Positions 35,771 to 49,399 of a stretch of 64,000 nt of DNA are shown here, piece by piece (the first letter of the stretch is position 1; the number at the start of each line of letters is the position of its first letter). Made by a program: the position numbers and the translations under genes. This stretch comes from Monocercomonoides exilis PA203 (lineage: Eukaryota > Protista > Preaxostyla), in assembly GCA_001643675.2 (NCBI GenBank), contig LSRY02000060.1:248001-312000 (forward strand), in the 5' to 3' direction. The notes beneath the pieces are model-generated. The model was not told the DNA's origin, searched no databases, and was given only the letters and a program-made list of their open reading frames with translations.

Positions 35771-38700
35771 AGATGTTTCTCCCTGCAGAAGAAGACAATA
35801 ACCTGAAGACGAGAATTTCAATGAATATCTCCGTTGATGAAAATTGACACTCATCTTCTTTATATCCAACAATTAATCATTTCATGATATTCATTCATCA
35901 TCTTCTTCTTCTTCATAATCAAATATTTAAACATCATATCATACAGTATCTTCTTCTGTTTTCTCTTTCTCTTCCTCATCATTTTCATCCTCCTTATCCT
36001 TCTCTTTCATTTCATACACCTTTCATTCACCTCCTCCTCTCAACCAACAGATCTTCCCTTGTTCCTTCTTCATTGGCTCTTCAATTCTCTTCTCTTTCTC
36101 CATCTTTCCCTTCTCTCTCTTCTCTCTCTTCTCTCTCTCACATCCCTTCTCTTCCTCATTCTTTTCTCACTCAACAGCTTCTTTCTCAGTCAACTTCTCC
36201 TGATCTTTCTCCTTTTCCTCCGCCTTTCTTTGATGAAGACAACGAATTTTCAAACATTCGCACAAGAAAACTTCAATTGAGGCAGAACAGACTGAGATAG
36301 GGGCAGAAAAACAAGTAGATGTCGAACAAAGAGCAGAGGAAGCTGGCTATTTTCACTGGAATATTTGAGAATGGGAATAATTGGAAAGATAGAAAAGGAA
36401 AAAGAGGAAATGGAGTGAGATGAATAACACGAAAAACAGCAATGAGGGAGAGAGAGAAGGAGAAGTGGAAGGAGAAACTGAAAGAGAGAGAGAAAGAGAA
36501 AGAGAAAAGAGAGAAATTTCATGATTTAAAACTATTAGGCGATTGGGTGGAGCTTCTTGATACAGACGAGGCAGTCGATGAACGTGGAGTCAATCCATTG
36601 ACACTCGAAAACTCCTCATCTTCCAACACAATCAACACATTTGATTTTCCTGGCTTTGCAACCAATCTTATTGACAACTTTCTCTTTGAGCAATTACTGA
36701 ACAATGGCGATGGCATTCTGCGAAGAAGATTCGGTTCGCTTGCAAACAGCCTCATTTCGAGCAGAGAATTGTCTGTTTTTCAGTCAGATGCGATCTGAAT
36801 CCATCTTATGTGCCTGGAAGACAAAGACAGAGAAAAAGCAATCAAAATTCAACGCAAACCTTTTCACTCATTCGATTGCTGGCATTTGCACAGGAACAGG
36901 AACATCTCCTTCTCATTACCCAATGAATCTCTTATTTCTCTTTGTCAGCCATCTCCTTCTCCCTCTCCTTCATCATCATCATCATCTTCTTCTTCTTCCT
37001 CTTCTTCTGTCTACCAATCAGAGCCAATTTCATTCAGAATCCATTCTTCTGCTTATTCCTCCATTGCACCTGCCATTTCAGCCACTTCTTCATTCAATTC
37101 CCCCACCTCTTCCATCACAAAGTCACAAACTTCAACCTCTTCTTCTTCTTCTTCTTTCTCTTCTTCCTTCTCTTCTTCCTTCTCTTCTTCTTCTTATTCT
37201 TCTTTGTTGCTGCCCTTTTCTAGAAACAAATTTCTGACAGGCGTTGAGCAGCAGATGAGGTGGATGAGGCAGCAGTTCGGAAGAAGAATGAAAAGACTAA
37301 ATTTTGTTCTTTCACGAGATGCGTTTGAGGCGCTGCCGCTGTTTGCAGAGTTTCGGATGGTGGAGCAGAATGCAGAGAATTTGGAGAAGAGGAAGAGAGA
37401 AAGAGAGAGAGCGAAGGAAAGAGAGAGAGAAGCAAGGAACGAGAGGAGAGAGGAGAGAAGAACAAAATTACTGATAAGTTGAGGAAGGAATTAAAGCATG
37501 CAAGTGATAGGGATAATAGCTACAATGAAAATGAATATTAAGCAAAAGCAGAAGAAAACGAGAATATATCATTGATTAGAAGAAATTCTCTGAAGAAAAC
37601 AAAAAAGAAAGAAGAAAGTGAATGCCTTTACAACAGCTCCATCTTCAGCCATGAAGACAGGAGAAGAAAGATGAGACACAAACAGAGATAAAAACTGCTT
37701 CGGCTGATGAAACCGAAGGAGATATAGAGGAAAGATGAATGAGAAAGATGAGCGGGAGAGCAGGAAAATGGAGAAAGAAGAAAAAGACAAGAATTTGTTT
37801 AACAGCATCCCAGGAATACTACAACCACACCTTGAGACAGGCACGCCGAACAACCAGAAGGAGAACAAAATGGCCAGCTAGGCGCAGCAAGAGGCGAAAG
37901 AAAGTCAAACGCCAATTTTGACAAGAGAGCGGAAATTGGACTGCATGCTGAATGATTTAGCCAATTCTGACTTAGAAGATTTGGGCAATGAACTGGATGT
38001 GCCTTGCCGCTATGTGCGTATTAAAAGCGAAAAAAACAGGCAATTTGTGTGGAAGATGCGAAAATTGCCTGTGTGTGCAGCAGTCGACGCGAGGCAGACG
38101 AGAACAAGACTGGATCTGATGAGTGCGCTGAAGATCGTTCTTAAGCAAAGACGTGCGGAACTGCAAAGAGGAAGCATAAGTGACACACAGAAAGGGAAGG
38201 AAAGGAGAAGGGAAAAGATAACCGCAACTGTTTCAGAAGGAGAAATGGATAAGAACCTGTAGAAGGAGCAGTGTACCTGGGAGAAGAGATGCGCTGTCGT
38301 TTTCAAAATTGGAATCTTTCTTCGCGTAGCAGAATTCGATGGCGATGGATTTGATGAGGAAATATTCTGCACTCAATTTGGTTGCGCCTTTTAATTCAAC
38401 TGCAGAATTTGACGCAAATACAAAAAGTGTTCTTTATCCTCTTTCTCACTGAACTTTTTCACTTGTCAGTTCTCCCTTGTTTATGAACGCCCAACAACAG
38501 TCTTCTCGTTCTTTCAGAACATCTTTACCTCCTTCCCTCTTTTCTCAAGCTGTACATCCATCTTCTGCTAATCCTGCTGCTCCTGGTTCACTTTCTCCAC
38601 TTTCACTATCTGCTCAATCTTCGTCTCCTTCTCTTTCGTTCAGCTTTCGTCAAATTCATCATTAGGCCTCGTCTTTCATTCCTATTCAGAAGCACAGATA

Positions 38701-40095
38701 ATTATTTATTCTGAAATAGAATTTCAACCAACCTAACACGGCAATGAGATGGGTAATTTCGATCCAGAGTAACCGATCAGAAGACATTCATTAAAGGAAG
38801 AAGATTGAATCTGACTTTTTTAATTTGGAAGCTGAAAGAATTCACCAAAAACATAAAGAACAGGACAAGATAGGATTTTTAGGGTGAATTATTTCCGAAA
38901 TAGCCTCCGATTGATTTCATAACAACGGAGCAACATCGAATCGCGGAAAGTGAAATGAGGAAGAAAAGGAATCGAGAGGAAAAGGCATATCTGAAGAGAA
39001 ATAAGATGAGATCCTTGCTCCAATTGGACATGAACAAGTTAAAAGCGGAAAGGTGAAGAAAATATAATTAGAAGAAAATTGTCTGATACATATGAATATA
39101 TTCTTTTTGAAGATACGACAGCAATGAATCTTTTTTCATGAGCTTAATTTGTAGTTGATGGAGAAGAAAAATTAGATGAGGTAATGACGAAGAAATATTT
39201 TTTTTTTGAGCTGGCGTTAAGGATTTTGAAAAAATTAGTGATGATATATACTCCAATTGAAAAAGCTATGATTGCTTATGAATTTTTCTATGATATGGAA
39301 AATGAAAGAATTTATATGAGAACCTGAAAAAATTCATCATTGCCAAAGTGATTTTTGTGTCAACCACTTCGAAAGTTAGTGTTTGAGAAGGAACAAATAT
39401 TGAGGTGAGGAGGGTGAGGGAGGCATCTTGGAGGAGGGAAATGAAGCCAGTGAGGGCATACTCGATGGTGACACATGGGGTCTGTTGGGGTCTGCCATAG
39501 GCATCGACATTACTTCCACCATTTGCAACGACTTTATTCTGTTCGATGAGGGGGAGCAAGCCATTGAACTCAGCTTTTCTAATTTTTCACCATTTCATTC
39601 AACGTTTGATGAAGCTTCTGAATCAAATTAAAAAAACGGAGATTTATCTGCTACACAAAAGTGAGGGGAAAATGAGAAAAATAACTATTATTGTTTGATT
39701 GATTCCAATATTTTTGTTTTCTTATCATCTTTTCTGTTCTTCTTTATGATCTTTCTCTTTTCAATGTTAAGTTTTTCCAATTATTAATTTTTAACTTTTT
39801 TTTGAAGTTCGATTTATATATTTTCTCCACTTATTAAAAAAAACTTGATCAAAATATCCTTTTTCGCCAAAATTAAAAAAAAAGGTATGGATTTTTGTTT
39901 AAATATATAAATCTTATAAATGTTTTATCAATACATGCTAAATACTCATGAAAAATCAATTCTTGTTATCAGAACAAAAAAAAACTATTTGATCAATAAA
40001 TACCACAATAGAATTTCTTTTTTCAATTTTTGATCATTTTTTATGAAGTCAAAAAAAATCACCCATATTTCATATTTTATTGCTAATTATTAAAG

Positions 40096-43000
40096 ATCCA
40101 AAACACAATTGAAAGTTGTTAAAAACAAAGCAAAAATTACCATTTATGACGATGATAACGATGAAACAAATTTCGATGAAGATGAAAATTCAAGTGAAAG
40201 TTTATCATCTTTGTATTGTGAAGATGAAAACAAACAAGCATGTTCTTCATTTCAAGCGATGGAAAAAGTCAAAATTCATCTAAAAAATATGTTAATTACA
40301 AATAATAATTTACTAAACGAAAAGCTTTTTGAAAAACATGAAATTCATGAAGTGTCCATTTCGTGCAGGAGAAAACAAAACAATTATTCTGACATCTTAT
40401 TTTATTTGGGTCCAATGGAATTTAAATGTACTATATGTGGAGCACTGCATTTCAAATCTGAAATTCAAAGAAAGAGAAATGGAATAAATTATTTTAATGA
40501 CTGTTGTAGTGGATTACACAAACCTCTAATCGATATCGATCACTTTCCAGATATTCTCCGTACTCTTTTTAATCATGAGCATCCAGAAAGTGACAATTTT
40601 TTTGAAAACATCAGAAAAATTAACTGTTTGCTTGCTTGCGGTTCTTTTAATGCAGAAACACCAGATTATTTCTCCATGCAATTCACAATTAAAGGAGAAA
40701 CGAAGAGAAGAGCCTATCCTATGAAGTCATTAAGTTATGATGATCCAAAATTTGGTCAAGTTTATATTCTTGACACAGAAGAAGCAACTGAAAAATTCAA
40801 AAGAAACACACATAATAAGCGAGTTTATTTTAATCTATTTTCTTCTCTATTTCAATGGTTCCGAAATTCTAATCCCTTTGCAAAAAGCTATAAAATGATG
40901 AATGATGTTAACTCAAAGGATCGGAAAAAGGCAATGGAAATGGGAAGAAAAATGAAAAAAGTTTGCCTCACTTTTGATCCAGAAGGCAGAAACCTTGGGA
41001 TAGAGTTTGCTGCTCAGCAATCGAACGAAGTTGCTGCAATATTCGTCAGAAACGATGGACTGCCTCCTGTGCAGCGATTAACCATATATGCTAAAGAAGA
41101 CAAGTTGTCAACTATTTCCATGAACGATCCTTTGTGTGATCCATTTATTCATCCTTTGTTCTTTCCAAACGGAGAAGTTAACGAAGATGACAAAAATGAG
41201 AAAGTTAAAAAAAAGAATAATTTTCATCAAATGTTGATGAAGTTGGATTTTCAGATGAGAAACAAAGTGACAATAACAAATCGAATTCAGATTATGAAAG
41301 TGAAATGAAAAAAAAAAGATCACACAAAACAAAAAAAAAAAGAAGATCCAGATCAAATATTAGAACACATGTACTCAACGTTATTGCAATCAGAAATTCA
41401 CGGTCTCCAATTCATCTTGGAGGGAAACTATTTCAACAATATATCGTTGATTCCTTCTGTCGAATAGAAGGAATGAAGACTTTATACTATCAAACACATC
41501 AACAGCAAATGTTCGGAGGTTATTATAATCAACTGAATGAGGCGTTCAATAACAATGATTTCGATGTTGATACTCTTTCATCCTCTTCCTCTTTATCCTC
41601 TTCCTCATTTTCTTTGAATCAAAAAATATTGTTGGGAAGAAGAATAATACTTCCTTCCTCCTTTGTTGGAAGTCCCCGATGGTCAAAACAATGCTATATG
41701 GACGCCATGAGCATTGTATCAAAATACGGAAAGCCAGATATCTTTCTGACTTTCACGTGCAATCCAAAATGGCCTGAAATAATCGAGAACATCGCTTCGC
41801 CGCACATTCATCAAGCGGATAGGTTAGATCTAATTGCAAGAGTATTCAAACTCAAACTCGATGAATTAATGAGAGACATAAAGAAGGGAATACCATTCGG
41901 TTCACTCAAAACATATGTATAAAAAACTGAGTTTCAGAAAAGGGGACTACCGCATTGCCATTTGCTTCTCACTTTGCATGATCAAAACAAACCAAGAACA
42001 TCAGAGGACATTGATAAATGCATATGTGCAGAAATTCCCCCTCTCAGTGAAGATGGATCAAATAATAATTTGAGAGAAATAGTATTAAGGCATATGGTTC
42101 ATGGACCATGTGGGTTAGATAAACCAAATGCCCAATGCATGACTGATGGAAAGTGTCAAAAGCGCTTTCCGAAACAATTTTGTGAAGAAACAACCAAGGA
42201 TAGACAAGGTTTTATTAAATACAGAAGAAGAAAAGGTGAAGTGGTCATATTAAACAAAAAAGAAATTGACAATCGATGGATTGTTACGCACAATCCCTAC
42301 CTGCTTCGAAAGTTCAATGCACATATCAACGTTGAAATATGTTCCTCAGTTTTCAGTGTAAAATATCTTTACAAATATGTGTATAAAAGGCCAGATAGAG
42401 CTTCCATGAAAATTTTGAACAAAGAAATTGCTTTATGTTCGGATGGACCAATAACAATCATTTCCTCATCCGCATCCGCATCCGCATCCGCATCGAATTC
42501 ATCTTCAATGATCTCTAATATTGTTAAGACAGACAATGAAAAAGAAAAAAGTGAAAAAAAAAAATAGACGAAATCAGAAACTATATAGATATGAGATATG
42601 TCGGATCCCCAGAAGCATGTTGGAGGTTGTTCGAATATTCGATGCAAAGAATGTCACACACTGTAGTTCGTTTGGCTGTTCATCTCCCTGACAAGCAGTT
42701 TGTTTTCTTTCGTTCGGGAAAAGAATATGAAGCCATGGAAAATGCACAACATAGAGACACAACTCTGACTGCATTCTTTAAATTGAATGCTGAGAGTCAA
42801 AAGAAATTTGAAGAGAACATTTCAGATGATCCCCATGATTCAAGATCTTTGACATATTCAGAGGTTGGAAGCAAATTCATTTACGACAAAAAGATTTATT
42901 CCTGGAAAAATCGAAGCTGCAAATTAAAAATCGTCACAAGGTTGTTCACAGTCGGTCCAAGAGATCAAGAAAGATATTATCTTCATCTGCTTCTTTTAAA

Positions 43001-45105
43001 TGTTAAAGGTCCAACATCTTATGAGTATCTGAAAACATTCGACAACGACATTCATAACACTTTCAAGGAAGCAGCAGCATCCAGAGGTTTGTTGTCAGAA
43101 GATTTTAACTGGGACCAATGTTTGGAAGAAGTTGCCTCAGTTGGATCGCCAAATCAACTCCGAAAAGTATTCGCACAAATTCTTCTGTTCAACAATGTTG
43201 TGAATCCAGAGGAGTTGTGGAAGAAATACAAAAAGAATATGTCCGAAGATTATCTGATGAAAGGAGATGAGGAAAATTCCGCTTATTCGAAAGCTTTCTA
43301 CGATATATGGAAAAAAATACGGACTTTCAAGCTTTTTATGCACAAAGCACAAAAAAATTGCTTCACTTATAACTTTATTTAACATACTCAGATTTCAAAA
43401 AAAATTTGAAATTCAGATTCATTAACAGGCATCATTGAAATATAAACATAAAGTTTTCCAACATTTCACGAATGTCAAAAAATGGGTCCATTTTTTGTTG
43501 TGTTCTTTGAAATAAAAAGTCAATGAAAAGTGCATAATTTTTCAATGAAAATGGCAGAAGCAAAATATTTTGCACCATTTACTTTTTATTTCGTTCCGAA
43601 AACAAAAATCTTGAAGATCTGATATCTGCCCCTCCCGGACCTATACCCATTAAATGCATTGATGATTTATCACAAGATGATCACATGTTATTAGCTTCAA
43701 GAAATATTCAGTTGCTAAATGAAAAACAAAAGGAGGCATTTGAGAGTATCAAAGAAAGCATTCTGAGTTCATCCCGAGGTTCAACAGTTTGCAATTGTCA
43801 TTTTTTGGATGGACCTGGTGGAAGCGGAAAAACTTTTCTATATAATGTGATTTTCCATTATTTGTCTGCACATTCAGTCACATGTCAATGTGTTGCTTGG
43901 ACAGGGATCGCTGCAACTTTGCTTCCAAAAGGGAAAACTGTTCACTCTCTTTTTCGTCTTCCTGTGCCCATTGAGGAACATAATGCAATTTCTCTAATGG
44001 AACTGAATTCAGAAGAAGCCCGATCATTAAGAAAAGTGAAATGTGTTATTTGGGATGAGGCACTAATGGTACAGATATATGCATTAACTGCTATCAATAC
44101 TCTTCATCAAGATCTGCATGAGAACAAGGATTTTTTTGGAGGAGTTTTGATGGTTTTGAAAGGAGATTTTTGGCAACTTCCACCTGTTGTGAAGGGAGGA
44201 GGAAGATAAGAAATGACTTCTTTAAGTTTCAAGAGTTCTGATCCATGGAGTTCGTTTCAGGTCCATTCCCTATCAACAAACATGCGGACAGGAGCAGATA
44301 CAGCATTTGCAAGCTTTCTCAGAAAAGTTGATGATGGTGATTAATCGATCATGGATAAAAACAAAAAAATTGATGCTTCACGGTGGAGAATAAATGAGGA
44401 TCAACTAATTCAAAGTGTGTTCGGAAACAAATTCAACGACATGGAAGAAATAAAAATGATGAAAAATCGTTGTATATTATGCACAAAAAACGATGACACA
44501 TTTGAAGTGAATAGTCAAATTCAAGATCTTATTAATTCAGAATCAAGAACTTACACCAGTGCAGATTCAGCAGAGTTTGAAGATCCCAATGACGATTACA
44601 CATCATTTTGAATTGAATATCTTAATTCACCGACTCCTTCTGGATTGCCACCGCACCAGCTTCATTTAAAGGTTGGAGCAATTGTTATTCCACTCAGAAA
44701 TTTGGACCTCGCTAATGGCCTTTGCAACGGAACTAGGCTAATAGTGGAGCAGCTGGGGAAGCAGTGTATTTGATGCAATCCAATTTCGAATTTGTTTAAT
44801 AAAAATTCTTCTGTAATTCTTGCTCCAATACTTACAACAGCCAGAGACAGGACGCTGCCATTTTGTCTCAAACGCCTGCAGATCCCGGTTCGTGTTTCTT
44901 TCGCTATGACCATTAACAAAGCGCAAGGGCAATCTTTTTCACACGTTGGGTTGTATCTTCCAAACCCAGTTTATTCTCATGGTCAACTGTATGTTGCCAT
45001 GAGCCGATGCAGTTGAAGCAAAAATTTAAACATTGCACTCCCTCATAAAAGAGAATATCAACAAAACAAGATTGTAAACATCGTATATAAAGAATTAATT
45101 CAATA
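40096..45105 (+). pseudogene. Helitron Rep/PIF1 helicase (RepHel), multiple stops and frameshifts
   Basis: Zn finger CTICGALHF..CCSG. Rep motifs FLTFTCNPKW, EFQKRGLPHCH, YLYKYVYK. PIF1 motifs DGPGGSGKT, IWDEA, GDFWQLPPV, FAMTINKAQGQS, HGQLYVAMSR. Confidence 0.96.
43309..43576 (-). mobile_element. 268-bp MITE, second copy, inserted in RepHel
   Basis: Homologous to 3546-3814. TSD ATAT/ATTT. Removal joins ORFs 42591 and 43685 in frame (FYDI/YFLFRSENK..DHMLLASR). Confidence 0.88.
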
Positions 45106-46917
45106 ACCAACTGTTTTCATCAACGTATTTCCGAAATCAGACTTTTTGACGGTTTGTGTTATAAAATTTTATTTGATGCATAATAAATAATTTCATTGTT
45201 TATATTATAAATAGCAATTTTTTCCACAATCAAATTTCCACATTTCTTTTTTTTCTTTTTGATCCATGACTTTTTTCATTCATTTTCTGATTAAAAAGTT
45301 TTGATTTCATTCGGAAAGAGAAACATTGAATTATTTGTTTTGTGGATGATATCAAATTCATGTTATAATAAGAATAACTTTGACTAATAATCAAGAAAGT
45401 CACTATTTCAAAATAGTCCTAATTACTGTTAAGTATTTTATCGGATAGTGGATCATTCAATTTCCCAATTCTTCGAAAAACATTTACTAACGATGAAGAA
45501 CAATTCTTGACAACACAGGTTCAAATTTTTCACAAGTTTAACTTTACTATAATATTATGGAAAAATTGAAAAAAAGAGGATCTTTTGTTTATTAACTGTT
45601 TTCTATTGTAATTATGTGAATTTTTTCATCAAATCACAAAATATAAAATAATTATTAAAAGATTTTATGAAATTCGAAAAACAACATTGACATAACATCA
45701 AAAAAAGAAATTCAATTAAATTGTTCTCATCTTTCATTTATCATGAAGAAATTCTATGAAAAACCACAAATTGACTTCAAATTCGAATATTTGAATGAAA
45801 ATCGATTCAGTTATTAGAAAAGCAGATTGTAACAGCCAATTCTGTTGAAAATGAAGTTAATATTGAAAAAATATAATATTGAATGAAAGATACATACATT
45901 CACTTTATGCTATTTAATTTCCAAAATGTGATCTCAAGCACTCACCTTTGGGAAATCTCTTCATCCAGCTGAGAAATTAATGTGTAAAATGCGCTTTATG
46001 ATTATCAAAAAGTGCGTCAAAGCAACATATTGCAATTAAAAACATGAAACATACAAGCAATTTTCATTAAAAAATCTTAATTGATAAATAAAATACTTGT
46101 GATGTTTTCATTGATATAATTCACATTATCATGGGATGATTTGATCAATTTTTTATTTTTTTTCAACTTTTTGAAATTCATCAATTTTGAGTATGAAATG
46201 TTAATTATAATCAAATATTAAATAAATTTGACTGTTTAAAATTAAATAAAATCTCCAATTTCTATGTTCTTTATCATCTTGTTAAGACTTGAAAAGTTTA
46301 TTTGAAAATTTTTTAATTTTTTTAATGAATAATAAAAAAGCTGCAACTCACATATTTACGTGTTAAGCAATTGTTCTAATGTAAAATGCTATATTTTTTG
46401 CAATTCATCTTCCAAAAATTACAATTTGAAAAAATGTGCGAAAAATTTTTATTTTTTCGCAATAATATTTTTTTCTTCTTCATATAGAATATGTTTGATT
46501 TTTTTGCAAAACCAACTTTCAAATGTTAAATTTCACAGAAAAAAATAACCAATATTTGTTTGTTTCATATGGTTCAAAAAAATGCAAACTTTTGATATTT
46601 TTGTTGATTTGTATTATTATTTTTTGAAAGCTTTATGTCATTTTTAAATTTTTCGATTAATGTTTCAGATAATGAGTTTTGACAGCACAAATCCCCAATT
46701 TTTGACATATTTATGATGTAATGCATGCAAAGCACGCATTACATTTTCTATTAACATTTATATGATTTTTGATCAAAAAATTTCCATTAAAAATATTTAG
46801 AAAAATTCAATTCTTTCAATTTTGTTCCAAATTATACCAAATTGAGAGACACATTTCGCACAAATGTGATGATGACGTGAGTGCACGCCGGCCGCAAGGC
46901 AGGCGCATGCAAACTCG

Positions 46918-47044
46918 TTTCTTTAATTCTTTCTTTCACATTATTGATATTCTTTAATGATTCATTTTTCATCTGCTGTTGCTGTTTCTACTAAAGAAAC
47001 ATCAGAGCTATATTAGCTTTGATTGTTTTTAATGAGGAACTCAT
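46918..47044 (-). pseudogene. 5' part of tail-fibre-like protein 2
   Basis: MSSSLKTIKANIALMFL**KQQQQMKNESLKNINNVKERIKE continues in frame at 13434; coiled-coil-like repeats. Confidence 0.75.
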
Positions 47045-47084
47045 TTATGAATTGATAAAAATAAGTTGAACTTCTTATTTTTGC

Positions 47085-48241
47085 TTAATAAAATGGAATA
47101 CTAACTGGATATGTTATATTCAACTCTATTCTTCCCTTATTGTAATACACCACTTGTTGAGATTTAATTTCCACAGTTATGTTAGATACTCCATCATATT
47201 TGATTCGAACAGAACATGTACAATTATTTTCATAACCATCACCACATCTAACTGTTATGCTGAATACGTAGTGAGATCCATCTGTGTATGGTGGAGCAAA
47301 AAAATTTTTGCATTGGGCGCTGTGAATTTACCAATTTGAATCCAAGCAGTTTTGTCATAGCCCGAGAGGCTTTCAATATCTCCTCTGACATACATAGTGG
47401 CAATATCTCCATATCGATAAATGCATCTGAATGGATTCTTAAGCAAGCTATTGCCAGTGAAGAAAAGTTTTTCGGAAGTTGGAATTCTGACTGCTCCAAC
47501 TTTATTGTCAACGTATTGTTTCGTTACCAAGTGATAAATATTAGTTGGAACTGCTGATGTTTTTATTGCATTAGAAAATGTTTTGCTTCCAGTGATAGTT
47601 TCTGTTCCACTTAAATGAACCACACTTTCGTCATTTGCTTTCGAAGAATCACTTGGATGAATATGATCTTCTCTTGCATATTTATCTGATGTTCCAGCAT
47701 TAACAGAACCATCCATTAACGGATAACTTGTTCCTGCTTTTTCTGATAATTCATCAGGAAGAACATTAACTGATAGCTTTCCACTTTCATCCAATCCTGC
47801 ATATCCATTTGCTTTATCTTTATTTGTTGTTTTTTCATATCCTTCCAACTCAATTCCTGTTAAATCTATCATGTCTTCTGATATGGTTAGATATGATGAT
47901 GCAATTTTTCCGTTATTGTCAAGAGGAACATATCCATTCGCTTGCCCTTTATTCTCAATCTTCTCGCAAGTTTCAACAATATTATCAATCTTAACTGCTT
48001 TATAGTACTCGTTAAGCCTACCCACACTGACATCACTAACATCACACTCACTTTTCTTTTGCGCTGTTCCATCCCACCAGTAATCAGGAACGTTATTTCC
48101 TTTTATAAGTATTAATTGTCCTTTTACGAGATTTCCTTTGTTCACATCGATCCAAGTTTGCATCTCTGAAGCTGAATCAAACACTAAATTTCTTGTGCCT
48201 GTCTGTCTGAGCTGTCTCTGATAAATATCTGATGTTTGCAT
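47085..48241 (-). pseudogene. Phage tail-fibre-like protein 1 (frameshift in a T run near 47300)
   Basis: NKGQANGYVPLD / NKDKANGYAGLD repeats, PLMDG..AGTSDKYAREDHIHPSD, VVHLSGTETITGSKTF, VTKQYVD. Shares the PDYWWDGT domain with fibre 2. Beta-rich C-terminal head in the shifted frame. Confidence 0.75.
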
Positions 48242-48294
48242 TTTCAATGATATTAAAAAACTAAAATTAATCGTTTTAACTGTTTTTAAAGATA

Positions 48295-49180
48295 ATGTTA
48301 AAAACACTTGTGAAAGTCCCTCCAAAAAGATCCATTAAACAATTGAAAGTGGAATTTTTGCGTAGCTCTGTGTGCAGTGAACTGTTCTCATCAGATTCAG
48401 ACACTCAAACCACTAATCATAACACTAAGAGTAATAATGAAGAAAATATTAATGAAAGAAATCTTTTTAATTCCAATGAAAATAGTATGCCTATTCCAAT
48501 TTCTGTATCAGCAAATTTAACCAAATCAACAAATACTTCAACTCCATCGATGTCTAATACAATAAACGTAAATGTGGCTGCAGGAAACACTGATTCAACA
48601 AAGGAGGCAGCTTCCAGAAGCTGCGAGCACTCGCTGCTTCCTACGAGGAACACAGGAAGAAACCAGCAGGAGCAAGAACAATCAATTCCTGAAGCACTTC
48701 CTTCACAAACAGATTAGTTCGACAATTTCACTGCTTATCCTTCTGTTCCATTTGAACCATCAGCGCCCTCTTCATCAACACATCCTTATCCATTGCATTC
48801 GATGCGAGAATCAATAACTATTAATCCTGATGACGAAAACAGATTTAAAGATAAATATTTCGAGTTGCTCATTAATGTGATCAATTTTCCAAAAAAAGTT
48901 CTCAAGAGTTGCATTGAACCCAGTAAAATGATTATTCTTCCTGCTGATGAATTATCAATAATGATTGCATTATTGTCAGGAGTTAACGATGTTGAAATCA
49001 TTATTGAAGAACAAGCAGTGTCGTGTTTAGGAAAAGTCAAGTTCATTAAAGATATCTCTCGAATATAAGTCGGTGGATTGGATCTTCAAATATAATATAA
49101 TCACATTTACAACAGGCTATTAGGTTATCATGTCTCTCTTGTTCACACATTCTTGAATAAATCGAAAGAAAAATAAATGA
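48295..49180 (+). pseudogene. Polinton hypothetical protein (Ser/Pro-rich N-terminus, globular C-terminus)
   Basis: ORFs 48295..48717 and 48793..49068 share a frame across a TAG, and the frame continues after the next TAA. Confidence 0.55.
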
Positions 49181-49399
49181 ATATATATATTTTTATAATA
49201 TAATATAGTCACCTGAATTACAGGCAACGATTATTGATGTCATAACGAAGTTCTGATCTCGCAAGAATCCCTGTCGGGTATCATTTTTGACAAGACAACT
49301 TTTTATAAACAAGTATAAAAGTATTATCAGAAAAATAAATTTTGTCAAATTGTTATTTACTAAGCAATTATTTCTCTTTTTGGATTCAAAGATCGTATG

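Larger units (their letters stand above)
21978..40064 (+). mobile_element. 18.1-kb GGGTG..CACCC TIR element (Sola2-like) in Helitron intron 1
   Basis: Same TIR and subterminal sequence as 4506-8955. ATAT TSD at 21974-21977 and 40065-40068. Removal leaves a 78-nt intron. Central DDD transposase gene. Confidence 0.88.
13435..46917 (+). mobile_element. Helitron (~7.3 kb without nested inserts)
   Basis: 5' TC (TCTATT) after A13434. 3' CTCG before T46918, preceded by a GC-rich hairpin (gtgcacgccggccgcaaggcaggcgcatgc). No TSD. Removal restores the Polinton ORF (...ERIKE/INESLENF...). RepHel gene inside. Confidence 0.93.
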
